DNA from: a virus
IMG/VR virus record: IMGVR_UViG_3300041411_000085
Coordinates: 1 to 64,000 of that record
Reading direction: 5' to 3' (one strand)
Length of the DNA: 64,000 bases
Below are positions 19,919-30,323 of this stretch, in pieces; position 1 is the first letter of the stretch, and every line of letters starts with the position of its first letter. The position numbers and the translations under genes are program-made. The notes below the pieces were generated by a model, which searched no databases, was not told the origin of the DNA, and saw nothing but the letters and a program-made list of their open reading frames with translations.

Positions 19919-20973
19919 ATAAAATTACACTGTTTGGACTGAATAAGAATTCAGGGTTGAAAGTCTGGTCGATTTGGACCGAAGATGAAAATCTTTACAT
20001 TGAACATGGACAACTCAACGGAAAACTTCAATTAAAATCGGAAGTGGTTGCAGGAAAGAACATTGGTCGCTCTAATGAGACGACTCCTGCGCAACAGGCT
20101 GAATTAGAAGCAAAGAGTCGTGTGAACAAACAGATTGACAAGGGATACCGAGAGAATTCCGACGATCTTAAGGAGCTAGACCTCCTCCCAATGCTGGCAA
20201 ATGACTATTTGAAACAAGGTCATCGTATTAAATACCCTTGCTATGCAAGTGCCAAACTTGATGGTGTTCGTTGCCTTGCAATCAGCACAGAAGAGGGCAT
20301 GATTCTTAAGTCTCGTGGTGGGAAACTCTACGATGTAAAACACATTACGTCTGAGCTTCAAACTATTATGCAGATCGGACAAGTGTGGGACGGTGAGCTG
20401 TACATTCACGGTAAGTATCTTGAAGAGATTGTTTCTGCTGTTAAGAAACCAAATGATAATACAAAAGATATTCACTTTATCATCTTTGACTTCGTTACTG
20501 AAGATACTTTTGTCAATCGAATGAAAGAGGCTCAGAAATTTAAACTTGGAATAAACAGTTCAATTGAAATTCTAGGCTATCAGACGCTATTCTGCGAAGA
20601 AGATATGAAGTCTCTGCACAAACAGTATGTATCTATTGGTTATGAAGGTATCATGCTACGTAACTACAGCGGTCTGTATGAATCAGGTAAGCGTTCGGCT
20701 GATTTGCAAAAGTATAAGGAATTTCTTGATGAAGAGTTTGAAATTGTTGCTGTGCTAGAAGATAAGAACCATAATGCTGTATTTGAGGTTTACGATTCTA
20801 CAGCTAAAGATCATTTTACTGTAACTTATGGTGATTTTGAGCAACGTAAGCACCAACTAATGTATCCTAATCAGTACATCGGCAAGAAGCTCACTGTAAA
20901 ATTCCAAACCCGGTATAAGGACAGCAAGCTACCACAATTCCCAACTGGCCTAATTATCCGCGATTATGAATAA
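19915..20973 (+). CDS. ATP-dependent DNA ligase
   Basis: PMLA, motif I KLDGVR, DGELY, FDF, YEGIMLR, KYK and PQFP. Confidence 0.95.
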   Translation: MNKITLFGLNKNSGLKVWSIWTEDENLYIEHGQLNGKLQLKSEVVAGKNIGRSNETTPAQQAELEAKSRVNKQIDKGYRENSDDLKELDLLPMLANDYLKQGHRIKYPCYASAKLDGVRCLAISTEEGMILKSRGGKLYDVKHITSELQTIMQIGQVWDGELYIHGKYLEEIVSAVKKPNDNTKDIHFIIFDFVTEDTFVNRMKEAQKFKLGINSSIEILGYQTLFCEEDMKSLHKQYVSIGYEGIMLRNYSGLYESGKRSADLQKYKEFLDEEFEIVAVLEDKNHNAVFEVYDSTAKDHFTVTYGDFEQRKHQLMYPNQYIGKKLTVKFQTRYKDSKLPQFPTGLIIRDYE

Positions 20974-21412
20974 GGGGAAGAAAATGCGAACTAATGAATC
21001 AGAATGGTTGCCAGAAGATATTATTGACACACGACAACTCCAAATCTACGCACTCAAGCAGATGATGTCTGCACTGGGTTATGATTTGATGAAAAGTAGT
21101 GTTGAAGGTAATTGGCACTTCCACAGTAATCAATACTCAAATAAAGGTCGTGAAAAGATTAGCGTGCGTACCGCTGTAAAGTTGTACAATGGGGATACGG
21201 CAAAGTGTGTATTTGGTCGTCCTCCACATTACCTTACGATCTGGGCATTCGATGATTTCTCCATCGCTAAAGCAAAGGCATCACGAATTCTCCGTTCAAT
21301 CAAACTCCAGTATTGCCGCCAAACAAAAGTTATTATATGCCAAGACCATCGAGTCCAGTTTATCACGCCTAGCTACGCAAAGTTGTTCCTCAACAATAAG
21401 TATTTGGGCTAA
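20966..21412 (+). CDS. Hypothetical protein
   Basis: ORF overlapping the end of the ligase gene. Confidence 0.6.
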   Translation: MNKGKKMRTNESEWLPEDIIDTRQLQIYALKQMMSALGYDLMKSSVEGNWHFHSNQYSNKGREKISVRTAVKLYNGDTAKCVFGRPPHYLTIWAFDDFSIAKAKASRILRSIKLQYCRQTKVIICQDHRVQFITPSYAKLFLNNKYLG

Positions 21413-21615
21413 CTCATGAACAGATCAATTATCTACGTCTGGTCATCAGGATTCTGGATTTATGGTGTAGATTATCACCACGGTACACATTCTGCTTTAG
21501 GTAAGTATCAAGAAGTTATTATTGGTGAAGGCTGGCATAGACAAGAGGTTACTTTGATGGTGAACGACTTCATTGAAGAGAATCTATTGTTGTGGGAAGA
21601 TCAATAGAAATTTAT

Positions 21616-21653
21616 AAGGCTCTTAGGCATTGTGCTTGAGGGTCTTTTGTTTT
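21616..21653 (+). terminator. Rho-independent terminator
   Basis: AAGGCTCTTAGGCA-TTG-TGCTTGAGGGTCTT followed by a T tract. Confidence 0.75.
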
Positions 21654-21930
21654 ATTATAGCTTTACAAATTAACTAGGAGGGTTCCTCATGGAATTGAAC
21701 AACAAAAGTAGGGAGTTTCTTACCAAGCTGTCTGCATTGCTTGAAGAGTATAAAGTAACTGTAGAGGTCACAGAGTCATGTCATGGCTATGGTGGTTTCT
21801 CTGTGGATGGGATTGAATTCACCATTCCTTATCACAATGAAGAGTTTGATTACAAGTCTGAACAGTTTGTAGAACTATCTGGCAGATATCTTGAATCCAA
21901 AGATATTAATGAAATTCTGGCGGTGTATCT

Positions 21931-22464
21931 GTGATGAATATTGTAGAAAAGGCTTACTACTTCGCAATGGCTGGCCACGCTGCTGTAGGCCAGAAAAGAA
22001 AGTACACAGGAGACAACTACATTGTCCACCCTGTTGAGGTTTGTGATATCATTGAACAAGCAGCTTATGTAAATGACAGTATGCGATGTGCTGCCCTTAT
22101 GCATGATTTATGTGAAGATACACAAATTACGATTGATCTGATTATAAAGGAATTTGGATATTGTATTGCCATGTTGGTTGAAGGTCTTACAGATGTCTCT
22201 AAACCAGAAGACGGTAATAGGGCTGTTCGTAAAGAAATTGATCGTCAACATACAGCAATGCAATCACCAGCAGCCAAAACAATCAAACTTGCAGATCTTA
22301 TCTCAAACAGTAAATCGATTCTTGAACACGACAAAGATTTTGCAAAGGTTTATATCAAAGAGAAAGAATTGTTGCTAGAAGTGCTGACCGAGGGTGATCC
22401 TACTCTGTATGCACAGGCTAAGGGTGTTGTAGAGAAGGCTAAGAAGGAGTTGGGAATTGAATAA
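21931..22464 (+). CDS. HD-domain hydrolase, small alarmone hydrolase (SpoT-HD/Mesh1-like)
   Basis: H..Q.RK...YIVHP, AALMHDLCEDT, VEGLT and IKLADLISN motifs. Confidence 0.85.
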   Translation: MMNIVEKAYYFAMAGHAAVGQKRKYTGDNYIVHPVEVCDIIEQAAYVNDSMRCAALMHDLCEDTQITIDLIIKEFGYCIAMLVEGLTDVSKPEDGNRAVRKEIDRQHTAMQSPAAKTIKLADLISNSKSILEHDKDFAKVYIKEKELLLEVLTEGDPTLYAQAKGVVEKAKKELGIE

Positions 22465-22665
22465 AGAACAACTAGAAAAGAATCTTACACTGTTACTTAA
22501 AGATCTGTCCAGTGCAAACAAACGTTGCAAGAAGATTTCCAAAGCGTGTGGTCTAGAAGATAATCATCTTATTGAATTTGCAATGGAACAGACTAAACAA
22601 GTCCTAAACTATATCGAATCTTTAAAGGATTCTAAGGAAACACCAACCCCATGAGGTGACACAAC

Positions 22666-22950
22666 ATGAAAACTTCCATAATCAGTATTCTTTCCTTTAC
22701 ACTGATCTTGACAGGCTGTACACTAGACCCAGTAAAGCAGTCCAACAGTGTTATCGTGGGTCCGGGAACATTCTATGCTAAATGGCAGAAGCAAGTGATG
22801 GATGCTTGTTCTGATAAAGCAGCAGAAATTGTTCTAAAACTTACTGCTGATAAATACAGGGAAGGAATTCTTTTAACGGAAGAGCAGATTGTTATGATTC
22901 ATGGGATGTTGGTTAGGAAGTGTTCTATGAATAGTGGGTTGGTAATTTAA
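22666..22950 (+). CDS. Putative lipoprotein
   Basis: MK start, hydrophobic core and an LTGC lipobox. Confidence 0.6.
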   Translation: MKTSIISILSFTLILTGCTLDPVKQSNSVIVGPGTFYAKWQKQVMDACSDKAAEIVLKLTADKYREGILLTEEQIVMIHGMLVRKCSMNSGLVI

Positions 22951-23125
22951 GAGGTGGTAAAAATGAATCAAGAAGAATATGCAACGCTAGATAGGATTAG
23001 AACACATTTCATTGATGCTCTACAGGAGCTAGAATGTCTAGGAAGGCTTCCAAGGATTAGGCAGAATCTTGAATTTGATCTGCATGAGTTGGAAGTTTAT
23101 ATTGAAATGATGAGGGAGATGAATA

Positions 23126-23512
23126 ATGGGTAATCCATCGTTTACACCAATGAGTCAAGAACAACGAGAGGAAGTACGACTTAAGCGAATTGCAGACCAA
23201 GAATGGGCTAAAGATAATTTAAAAGATGATTTCGCCGATGAGCCTGTGTGGAGAGCACTTGGCTCAGAATATTCTGTGCGATTTCCACAAAGGCATGTTC
23301 CGGGAACTGAACTTAAGTATCTGAAGCGTACATGTAAAAAGCTCGGACTAGAAATCAGCGCATTTCTTGAATCAACTGGATTCTCAACTCTTAAGCAGTT
23401 TGCAGAAGCTAATAAAACATACCCAAGTTGGGCTTTTGTGGGGTTGATTTTAGAGTTTTACAATGACCATCAAATGAATCAGTACGAGTATCCTCTCAAA
23501 ATCGATTCATAA
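23126..23512 (+). CDS. Hypothetical protein
   Basis: 128 aa ORF with a GGGAG SD. Confidence 0.65.
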   Translation: MGNPSFTPMSQEQREEVRLKRIADQEWAKDNLKDDFADEPVWRALGSEYSVRFPQRHVPGTELKYLKRTCKKLGLEISAFLESTGFSTLKQFAEANKTYPSWAFVGLILEFYNDHQMNQYEYPLKIDS

Positions 23513-23628
23513 GGCACTTTCACCGAGGATTTTCACTAAAAATAGCTGCGTTCGGTAGATAAAGCTTGCATAGTATGTCTGAGGTTTCTAGACTCTATTT
23601 CAGGGTATAAAACTCCCTACAAACATTT

Positions 23629-24096
23629 ATGGAGAATATTATGATTAAAAGAATTTTAGCCCTCAGATATGTGTGCAAGAAATATAACCTCAAATGCAAG
23701 CTCATATTCTTTGGTAGCGAAGGCTGGATGAGTAGGAAAGACAGGCTTATTTGTGTAAGCCTGTTCCAAAAGAACTTCTTCCAAGTGTTGTACCATGAAA
23801 TTGGTCATGAGGTGGCTACAAGGTCTTTGAAATTTGATAACAAATATGCAAAAGCAGCTTTTGGCTCTAGATTGAAATTCAATTACGAAGATGATATGTT
23901 TGTAAGACTAGAGGAAGAAGCCAAGGCTAGTAAGTTTTCAATGAGGTTTCTGAAAGTCAAAGATAGGCAATACCTTAAAGAATGTTGGTACACATACACA
24001 AGTTCTGTTGCTAAATGTATAAATGCAAGTGAGCTTGACAGGTACATTACAACCGTTGCAAAATACAGTAAATATTTTGAGGGGAACACAAAATGA
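23629..24096 (+). CDS. Putative zincin-like metallopeptidase
   Basis: LYHEIGH (HExxH) with a downstream EEEA; own promoter TTGCAT-17-TAGACT at 23566-23594. Confidence 0.5.
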   Translation: MENIMIKRILALRYVCKKYNLKCKLIFFGSEGWMSRKDRLICVSLFQKNFFQVLYHEIGHEVATRSLKFDNKYAKAAFGSRLKFNYEDDMFVRLEEEAKASKFSMRFLKVKDRQYLKECWYTYTSSVAKCINASELDRYITTVAKYSKYFEGNTK

Positions 24097-24810
24097 CTTT
24101 GTTTGTCGTATATCTTATCGTTTCACTTATATTCGTCTACATCAATGCCACAGCCTGTTACATTAGAGGAATAAAATATCCTTGGAGACAAGATATTCCC
24201 CTGTGCCTTATCTGGCCTGTGACAGCACCAATCGGTATCTTAGCTATTATTGCTTCGGAGAGTCGTCCATGACTCAACACAAAGATACATAAAGTGAAAC
24301 TTACTGGAGAGTAAACAATGACCAAACAATATTCCCATGACAGAGAAGTGATCAAAGACTTCATTCGCTGGGCTAGCGATGAGCATAAATGTGCTGTCGT
24401 GTGTTTTCCAGATGAATTCGCAGCTAGTGCTTACGTTAATTATAAGTTCATCAACGTTTCAGAAATATTGGAAGAGTTTATTGAGGGGAGAGGACAATGA
24501 TTAAGTGGATTAAGGGTTTGTTTTCTTTTCAAACAGAGCAAGGGGGTTGGGAGCCTTGGTTTGAAGCCCTTGAGAAAGAAAAGGTACAAACAGATATTCA
24601 CGGCCTGCCGTTTGTAAAGAATATCGTTCCTATGCCTAAAGTGAAACCAACAAAGAAGAGTGAATATAATACATTTGAGAATTGCAGGGCTTACAGTTCC
24701 GGTACAACCGTAGAAGGTCTAAAGCTAGCACTCTCACACTGTACAAAGTATGAAGACAGGATGTTCTTGCAATTTCTTATCAATGTACACTTGAGAAATA
24801 TGGGGAAATA

Positions 24811-25647
24811 ATGAGCATTCAAATGCAAAACCAAACAATCATGTTGAGGAACCAATCAATCAGGGTGTCAATTAAGCCGGGAGCACCAAACAGTGTTCCT
24901 CTTCTGCTTTGTACGGGCATAGGGGCTTCTCTCGAATTGCTATTTCCTTTTGTTGAGGCTATTCACATTGCACAACCAGACTTAGAAATCATTACATTTG
25001 ATTATCCGGGAGTGGGTGGTAGTTCAACACATCTGTTACCTTATCGTTTTAGTGGCCTGTGTAGAACAATCTCAGAAATGTTGGACTTCTTAAACTACGG
25101 GCAAGTATTTGTATTGGGGTTATCATGGGGCGGATTCACCAGTCAGGAATTTGCTTACCAATATCCAAATCGTTGTAAGAAACTAATCCTAGCAGCCACT
25201 TGTGCTGGTGTTACAGCCATTCCTCCAAGTATGAAAGTGCTTAGTTTGATGTCCTCACCTAAACGCTATACAGATCCTGACTATGCAGCTTCGATTGCAG
25301 CAGATATCTATGGAGGCCACTTTAGGGGAAATAAAGAACTGGCTATTGAACATGCTTCGCGTATGTCACAAAGCAAAGGTGAGTTTAAACATAGTCAGTT
25401 GGGTTATGCCTATCAGCAAGGTGCCTTGATGTGGTGGTCATCATTGTGGTATCTGCACAGTATTAAACAACCAACACTAGTCCTTGCAGGTGATGACGAT
25501 CCTCTGATAGACTTGCGGAATATGAAAATATTAGCGAAGCTAATCCCTAATTCTGAGATGCATGTATTTGAGGGCGAAGGTCATCTCTTCCTTCTTACGA
25601 GTTTGGATGAGGTTGTTCCAATTGTTACTAAGTTTTTGGAGGGCTAA
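24811..25647 (+). CDS. phaZ: Intracellular medium-chain-length polyhydroxyalkanoate depolymerase (alpha/beta hydrolase)
   Basis: GIGASLELLFPF, FDYPGVGGSS, PYRF, GLSWGG lipase box, RCKKLILAAT, QPTLVLAGDDDPLI and GHLFL; colinear with Pseudomonas PhaZ as I recall it. Confidence 0.9.
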   Translation: MSIQMQNQTIMLRNQSIRVSIKPGAPNSVPLLLCTGIGASLELLFPFVEAIHIAQPDLEIITFDYPGVGGSSTHLLPYRFSGLCRTISEMLDFLNYGQVFVLGLSWGGFTSQEFAYQYPNRCKKLILAATCAGVTAIPPSMKVLSLMSSPKRYTDPDYAASIAADIYGGHFRGNKELAIEHASRMSQSKGEFKHSQLGYAYQQGALMWWSSLWYLHSIKQPTLVLAGDDDPLIDLRNMKILAKLIPNSEMHVFEGEGHLFLLTSLDEVVPIVTKFLEG

Positions 25648-26034
25648 ATGTTAATTGAATATGCTAGAATACTCTCACCCCCAATGTGCAGAAGATATCC
25701 AGATAAGATATACGTCTACGGTGACAACATGAAAGCCTTCGGTAAAGGTGGACAAGCTATCATCCGTGATGAGCCTAATGCTTTTGGTATTCCAACTAAA
25801 CGATATCCCTCTTGGGATGATTGGGCATTCTTTAGTGACCAACCAGATGAAATTGAAGCTGTAAAGATATCCCTACGTGAATTGTGGAAGGTTGCACGAA
25901 ACAAAGTGATTGTATTCCCTGAAGATGGGATCGGTACAGGGAGAGCTAAGATGAAAGAGAAATCTCCTGTTGCTTATAAGATGATGTGTGATATATTGCG
26001 GGAACATTTTGGTATTGTTAATGGAGGAAAATAA
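25648..26034 (+). CDS. Conserved phage protein, possibly macrodomain-like
   Basis: YVYGDN...GKGGQA.IR..PNAFGIPTK...P..GIGTG pattern resembles macro-fold Gly motifs; assignment uncertain. Confidence 0.4.
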   Translation: MLIEYARILSPPMCRRYPDKIYVYGDNMKAFGKGGQAIIRDEPNAFGIPTKRYPSWDDWAFFSDQPDEIEAVKISLRELWKVARNKVIVFPEDGIGTGRAKMKEKSPVAYKMMCDILREHFGIVNGGK

Positions 26035-26968
26035 TGACAAACCTTGAACGCTGCTCATGTGGAGCTAGGGAGAAAAATAAGTGTAGTAAGGAGAGTGCTC
26101 CAATGAATGGAGTCCAAAGTGGGAAGATGTGTTTGAAGGATGAAGATACCCTGTTCGTTAACTTTAGAGACACCTTGAATGGTGGTTTCTGTGCTGATAT
26201 TGACTATGAATCACAAGCTTGGCAGAAAGTGCTGGGTGATTGGGAAGGGTTTAAAATTGAGGAGCAGCTATGTATTACCAAGAAGTAGGCTACAAACTAC
26301 CACCAGAATACACAAGCCTTATCTACCTGCACCAGCGTCTAGGTGATATCGATACTGTGGATGCCGCTTGTTATATCTGGAATAGGTTGCACACAGGCGA
26401 CACTCTTCGTATTAATAAAGTTGAAGAAATGCTAGGCACAATTCATCTGACAGGGAAGTGTAGTGACACGGAGGCTGCTTTGAACATTTGCAGATACCTC
26501 ACGACTATCTGTGTTGGTGTTACGTACCAGAAGACAATTATCACTGAGAGTTGGGAGATTTGATGAAATATAAAATGGGTAATAAAGTCTACATCGCTTC
26601 CTCTAAGAAGACAGATGGGACACATAACAGAGGTAAGATCGTAGGTATTGAGCTTTCTTACTTTGGACTTGGGTATCTTACAGAAACTCAGTATTTTAAT
26701 GACTTTGATCATCCAAGATATAAAGTTGCCTATGTTGATTGCTTCACAAATAAAGCTAACTGTCATTGGTACTCGGAGGAAGAGCTTCAGAAGGAGAAAC
26801 CTGAATGAACCAAACAATTGAAGAACGCATGCAGAATATTGATAATGAACTGAAAGCACTTAGGGAAGAACTAAAAGTAGAACTTTTACCTAAATATCTT
26901 TCACCAGAACATCAAAAGAGAGTGTTAAAAGCGTTTATGAAAGGTATTGATGACAAGGAAGAAGAGTA

Positions 26969-27466
26969 ATGACTGAACTCCTCACACACGATAACCTGTG
27001 TCTGTTAGCTGAGAAGTTCTTAACTAAGAATGCATTTGGTGTTGTATTCCATGATAAGTTTAAAGCTTATACAAACACAGGTGAACAACCAGACTGTCTT
27101 GGATTCAGAAGTGGAGTATCTTGTCTGATTGAGTGTAAAACATCTAGGTCTGATTTCTTAGTAGACAAGCGTAAGAAGTTTAGAGTTGATCCGGCACTTG
27201 GTATGGGTGATTGGAGATTCTTTCTAACACCTACAGGACTTATTAAAGCTGAGGAGCTTCCTGCTGGATGGGGATTGTTAGAGACTGATGGGAAACGGAT
27301 TAAGAAAGTATACGGATTCCCTGCAAACACAGGGTGGTTTGATAAACCATTCACCGGTAATAAACAAGCTGAGTGTGATTATATGTATTCTGCCTGTAGG
27401 CGTATGGTCATACGAGGACACTTGAAAGAGATTTATGATGGTGTTCCTGTAAAGGAGTTTGTATAA
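26969..27466 (+). CDS. PD-(D/E)xK nuclease-fold protein (MmcB-like)
   Basis: EQPD...LIECKTSRSDF...ELP.GWGL. Confidence 0.65.
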   Translation: MTELLTHDNLCLLAEKFLTKNAFGVVFHDKFKAYTNTGEQPDCLGFRSGVSCLIECKTSRSDFLVDKRKKFRVDPALGMGDWRFFLTPTGLIKAEELPAGWGLLETDGKRIKKVYGFPANTGWFDKPFTGNKQAECDYMYSACRRMVIRGHLKEIYDGVPVKEFV

Positions 27467-27865
27467 TGAAACCACTAATCCTTAAAACACCAGAAGGACT
27501 GTATGTCTGTGAAATACCTATTGAGAGTGAACCAGAAGACGGAGCATCTGATAGAGAATGGTGGATATGGGCAGCAACTGGGGGGACAAGTCCTGTAGAG
27601 GCTTATAATAATTGGCTGAAGGATTGGGAGGAGAGGGTGTGATGTCTGATTTCAAAAGTTGGTACGAAGTAGCTGAATATCTTCTATCAAACAAGTGGAA
27701 CTCTATAGACGTAGACAGTACATGGTCATTCACTGAGGACAAGAGCTGGAGTAAGGTGTATCCTCCTGAAAATGCTAGTGACTATGAGCATTATAAGAAT
27801 ATTGGTGATGCAATAGAAGAGATGATGTATTTCTGTGATGGTGACTTAGGGAGTGTTAGTAAAGA

Positions 27866-28042
27866 ATGAAAAGTGGAGACGTATATCTTCCAGAATCAGA
27901 TGAGTATCTAGAATCAATCGAAGAAGAATATGATTGGTATTGCTGGGAGGAAGAGGATTGGTCCGAGAATAGATGTTTCTATGAGAATGATTTAGAGCAT
28001 TTGGAAGAATTACCGAGTAAGGAGAAGATACATGCTAACTAA
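27866..28042 (+). CDS. Acidic/aromatic mini-protein (58 aa)
   Basis: Read by hand: MKSGDVYLPESDEYLESIEEEYDWYCWEEEDWSENRCFYENDLEHLEELPSKEKIHAN; ATGA coupling to the upstream ORF. Confidence 0.55.
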   Translation: MKSGDVYLPESDEYLESIEEEYDWYCWEEEDWSENRCFYENDLEHLEELPSKEKIHAN

Positions 28043-28565
28043 AGAGGAGCTACAAGCCTTAGAGCAAAGGATTGCTCAGAATGCCAATAAACTGGTGAGT
28101 TCTGCTAAGAAGGTGGAAAGGAAAGACACAAAAGACACAAGAGGTCGTAAACCAAAGCAATTGCACAATAAGCTGCTTCCTGTATTTCAGGACTTGCGGC
28201 TTGAGTTGTTTGAGGATGACGGCAACTCTTGGCCTTTGTGGATTGATGATGTGTTGTCTGGGGTTAGTAGGCTTGATTGGTATAGACAAGGAGAACGAAG
28301 TGTCCCATTGAGTACAGGAAGTCTTAAGAGTATCTTTGAAAGCCTTGAATATATTGACTCTGTATCTATTGCTGACCTACTCTCCCTTGGAGAAAGGCAA
28401 GCTCGTAGGTATATGCAAGCCTCAATCCTCTGTTATAAATACCTTGACACTGGCTATAAAGATGTTAATATTAAAGGTCTGAAATATCCTGCACATCGCC
28501 CCGGTGTTGATAAACTAGTTATTGCTGATTTAGAACGATTAGAGCAATTATTAACTAATAAATAG
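28032..28565 (+). CDS. Hypothetical protein with an HTH-like segment
   Basis: SIADLLSLGERQARRY resembles an HTH; RGRKPK basic patch; AAGGAG SD. Confidence 0.55.
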   Translation: MLTKEELQALEQRIAQNANKLVSSAKKVERKDTKDTRGRKPKQLHNKLLPVFQDLRLELFEDDGNSWPLWIDDVLSGVSRLDWYRQGERSVPLSTGSLKSIFESLEYIDSVSIADLLSLGERQARRYMQASILCYKYLDTGYKDVNIKGLKYPAHRPGVDKLVIADLERLEQLLTNK

Positions 28566-28645
28566 GGTTATTGTGCACGTTTATTTCGGTCGCACTATAT
28601 TAAAGAATAGATCAAAAGCATAATTAACCAAGTAGGAGTAACAAA

Positions 28646-29752
28646 ATGGAAGAAGAGTGGAAAGAGATACCCGGTTATCCGGGGTATGAAGCTAGCGATA
28701 AAGGTAATGTAAGACAGTTATCTGGTAAACAAGTGTTCCTCCAGATAACAGGTGAGCCTGAATACCACTATGTAAACATTGTAGATGAGTATGGTAACAG
28801 AGTCCTAAGACGTGCTCATGTCATGGTTGCGAAAGCCTTTCTTGAGAATCCATTGAACCTACCAATGGTTGACCATATTGACAGACAGAGGTTTAATAAC
28901 AACCTTGAAAATCTCCGGTGGGTAACTCGTAAAGATAATGCTAGAAATAAAGTTAATACACTCTTTACTGAATATCAAGGAAAACAAAGGGTCTTGGTTG
29001 AGCTTGTAGAGGAAATATTTGAAGATGATTATCTTGCACCATACCAAGCAATCAGGTACAGAGTATCAACTGGTATGGATTTTGATGCTGCCTTGGCATC
29101 TTATCTGTACCTTCTAGAGCACGGAAGGTGTAAGATTAAAGTGGACTGGAATAACGAAGAAGTATTCCTCACAGTTCTTTGTAAGGACTTGAGTAAAGAT
29201 TTCTTTTATGTGAGACAGAGACTTAGAGATGGTTGGTCTATTTGGAATGCTATTTACGATATTCCACACTCCCACAGTTACAGCTTCGAGGTTATTGACT
29301 CAAAAGGTGTTGGCCACTGGTATCAGAATAATGAAATGTTTGAAAAGACACACCCAACTGCAATTGGAATCTGGAAGTCCTTGTTTAGAGAAGGTAAGAC
29401 ATTAGATGAAATATTAGCATATGATGGTAAAGACTATTTAAGACGAACTGTAGGTAAGCACACAGGAACTTTAAAAGAGCTGTGTAAGCTTTATGGGAAG
29501 ACAGAATCCTCAGTAGAAACTAGAGTAGGCAAAGGCATGTCTTTAGAGGATGCTTTAACCTCCCCTCCTGAAAGGATCAAGAAAGTCACTATTGATGGTG
29601 TATCAGGGAGCCCTAAATATTGGTATGAGCATTACGGGCTTGTTTACAAGACTGTGAAACATAAGAAAGATAGGTTGAAGTGTTCCTTTGAGGATATCTT
29701 GAGATACTTTGATGTAGATTTAACTGGTAAAGTTATTTCGTACACAGACTAA
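28646..29752 (+). CDS. NUMOD4-HNH homing endonuclease with repeated C-terminal helical modules
   Basis: EEWKEIPGYPGYEASDKGNVR (NUMOD4), H..VA.AF...VDHID....NN..ENLRW....N (HNH), and repeated R...G.(S/D)...A(L/I) units. Confidence 0.9.
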   Translation: MEEEWKEIPGYPGYEASDKGNVRQLSGKQVFLQITGEPEYHYVNIVDEYGNRVLRRAHVMVAKAFLENPLNLPMVDHIDRQRFNNNLENLRWVTRKDNARNKVNTLFTEYQGKQRVLVELVEEIFEDDYLAPYQAIRYRVSTGMDFDAALASYLYLLEHGRCKIKVDWNNEEVFLTVLCKDLSKDFFYVRQRLRDGWSIWNAIYDIPHSHSYSFEVIDSKGVGHWYQNNEMFEKTHPTAIGIWKSLFREGKTLDEILAYDGKDYLRRTVGKHTGTLKELCKLYGKTESSVETRVGKGMSLEDALTSPPERIKKVTIDGVSGSPKYWYEHYGLVYKTVKHKKDRLKCSFEDILRYFDVDLTGKVISYTD

Positions 29753-29773
29753 TTCTAAATTCCCTACAAATTT

Positions 29774-29808
29774 GAGGTCTTGCTTCTATAGAAGACCTCT
29801 TTCTTTTT
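29774..29808 (+). terminator. Rho-independent terminator ending the plus-strand block
   Basis: GAGGTCTT...AAGACCTC followed by TTTCTTTTT. Confidence 0.75.
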
Positions 29809-29824
29809 GCCCAGAATATGCTGA

Positions 29825-29845
29825 AAGCCTTATAAACAAAGGGTT
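29825..29845. promoter_or_regulatory. Third copy of the pseudo-palindromic motif
   Basis: AAGCCTTATAAACAAAGGGTT aligns without gaps to the reverse complement of 12271-12291 (AACCCTTATAAACCGTGGGCT). Confidence 0.4.
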
Positions 29846-30323
29846 CGTACTTCTTAAAACCTTGTCGCTACCGGAGACCGTCTTAACTCGCTGGGACTGT
29901 GGCACACCAGTGACGTGCCAGAATACAAAATATGTAGCTTCCTATCTATTAGCCTACTAATCATTATCAAGCTGTCTGCTAGTACCCTATCGATACGATC
30001 AATTGGATGCTACCAGTCACTGCGGTATTCCAAATGGTATTCCAAGCCACTATCACTACTAGACAAATGCCTTTAGATACAACCACTTACCTCTCCGGTT
30101 CAACTTCCTACTGGTCAACTGAACCGAGACATTGAGCATTATACTGGTCTGCACAACTAGCACACTTCACTAGCTCATGTCAAGGTATTATGAGGATTGT
30201 GTGAAAGGATTGGCTAGTAGGTGGTGGTTAGGATGGGTGTTCAACATGTGGGATGAGATAAAGCAGCGACAAGAGCGTCTGTGCTTAACTACTCACGTAG
30301 TTTCGCCCATACTTACAGATGAC

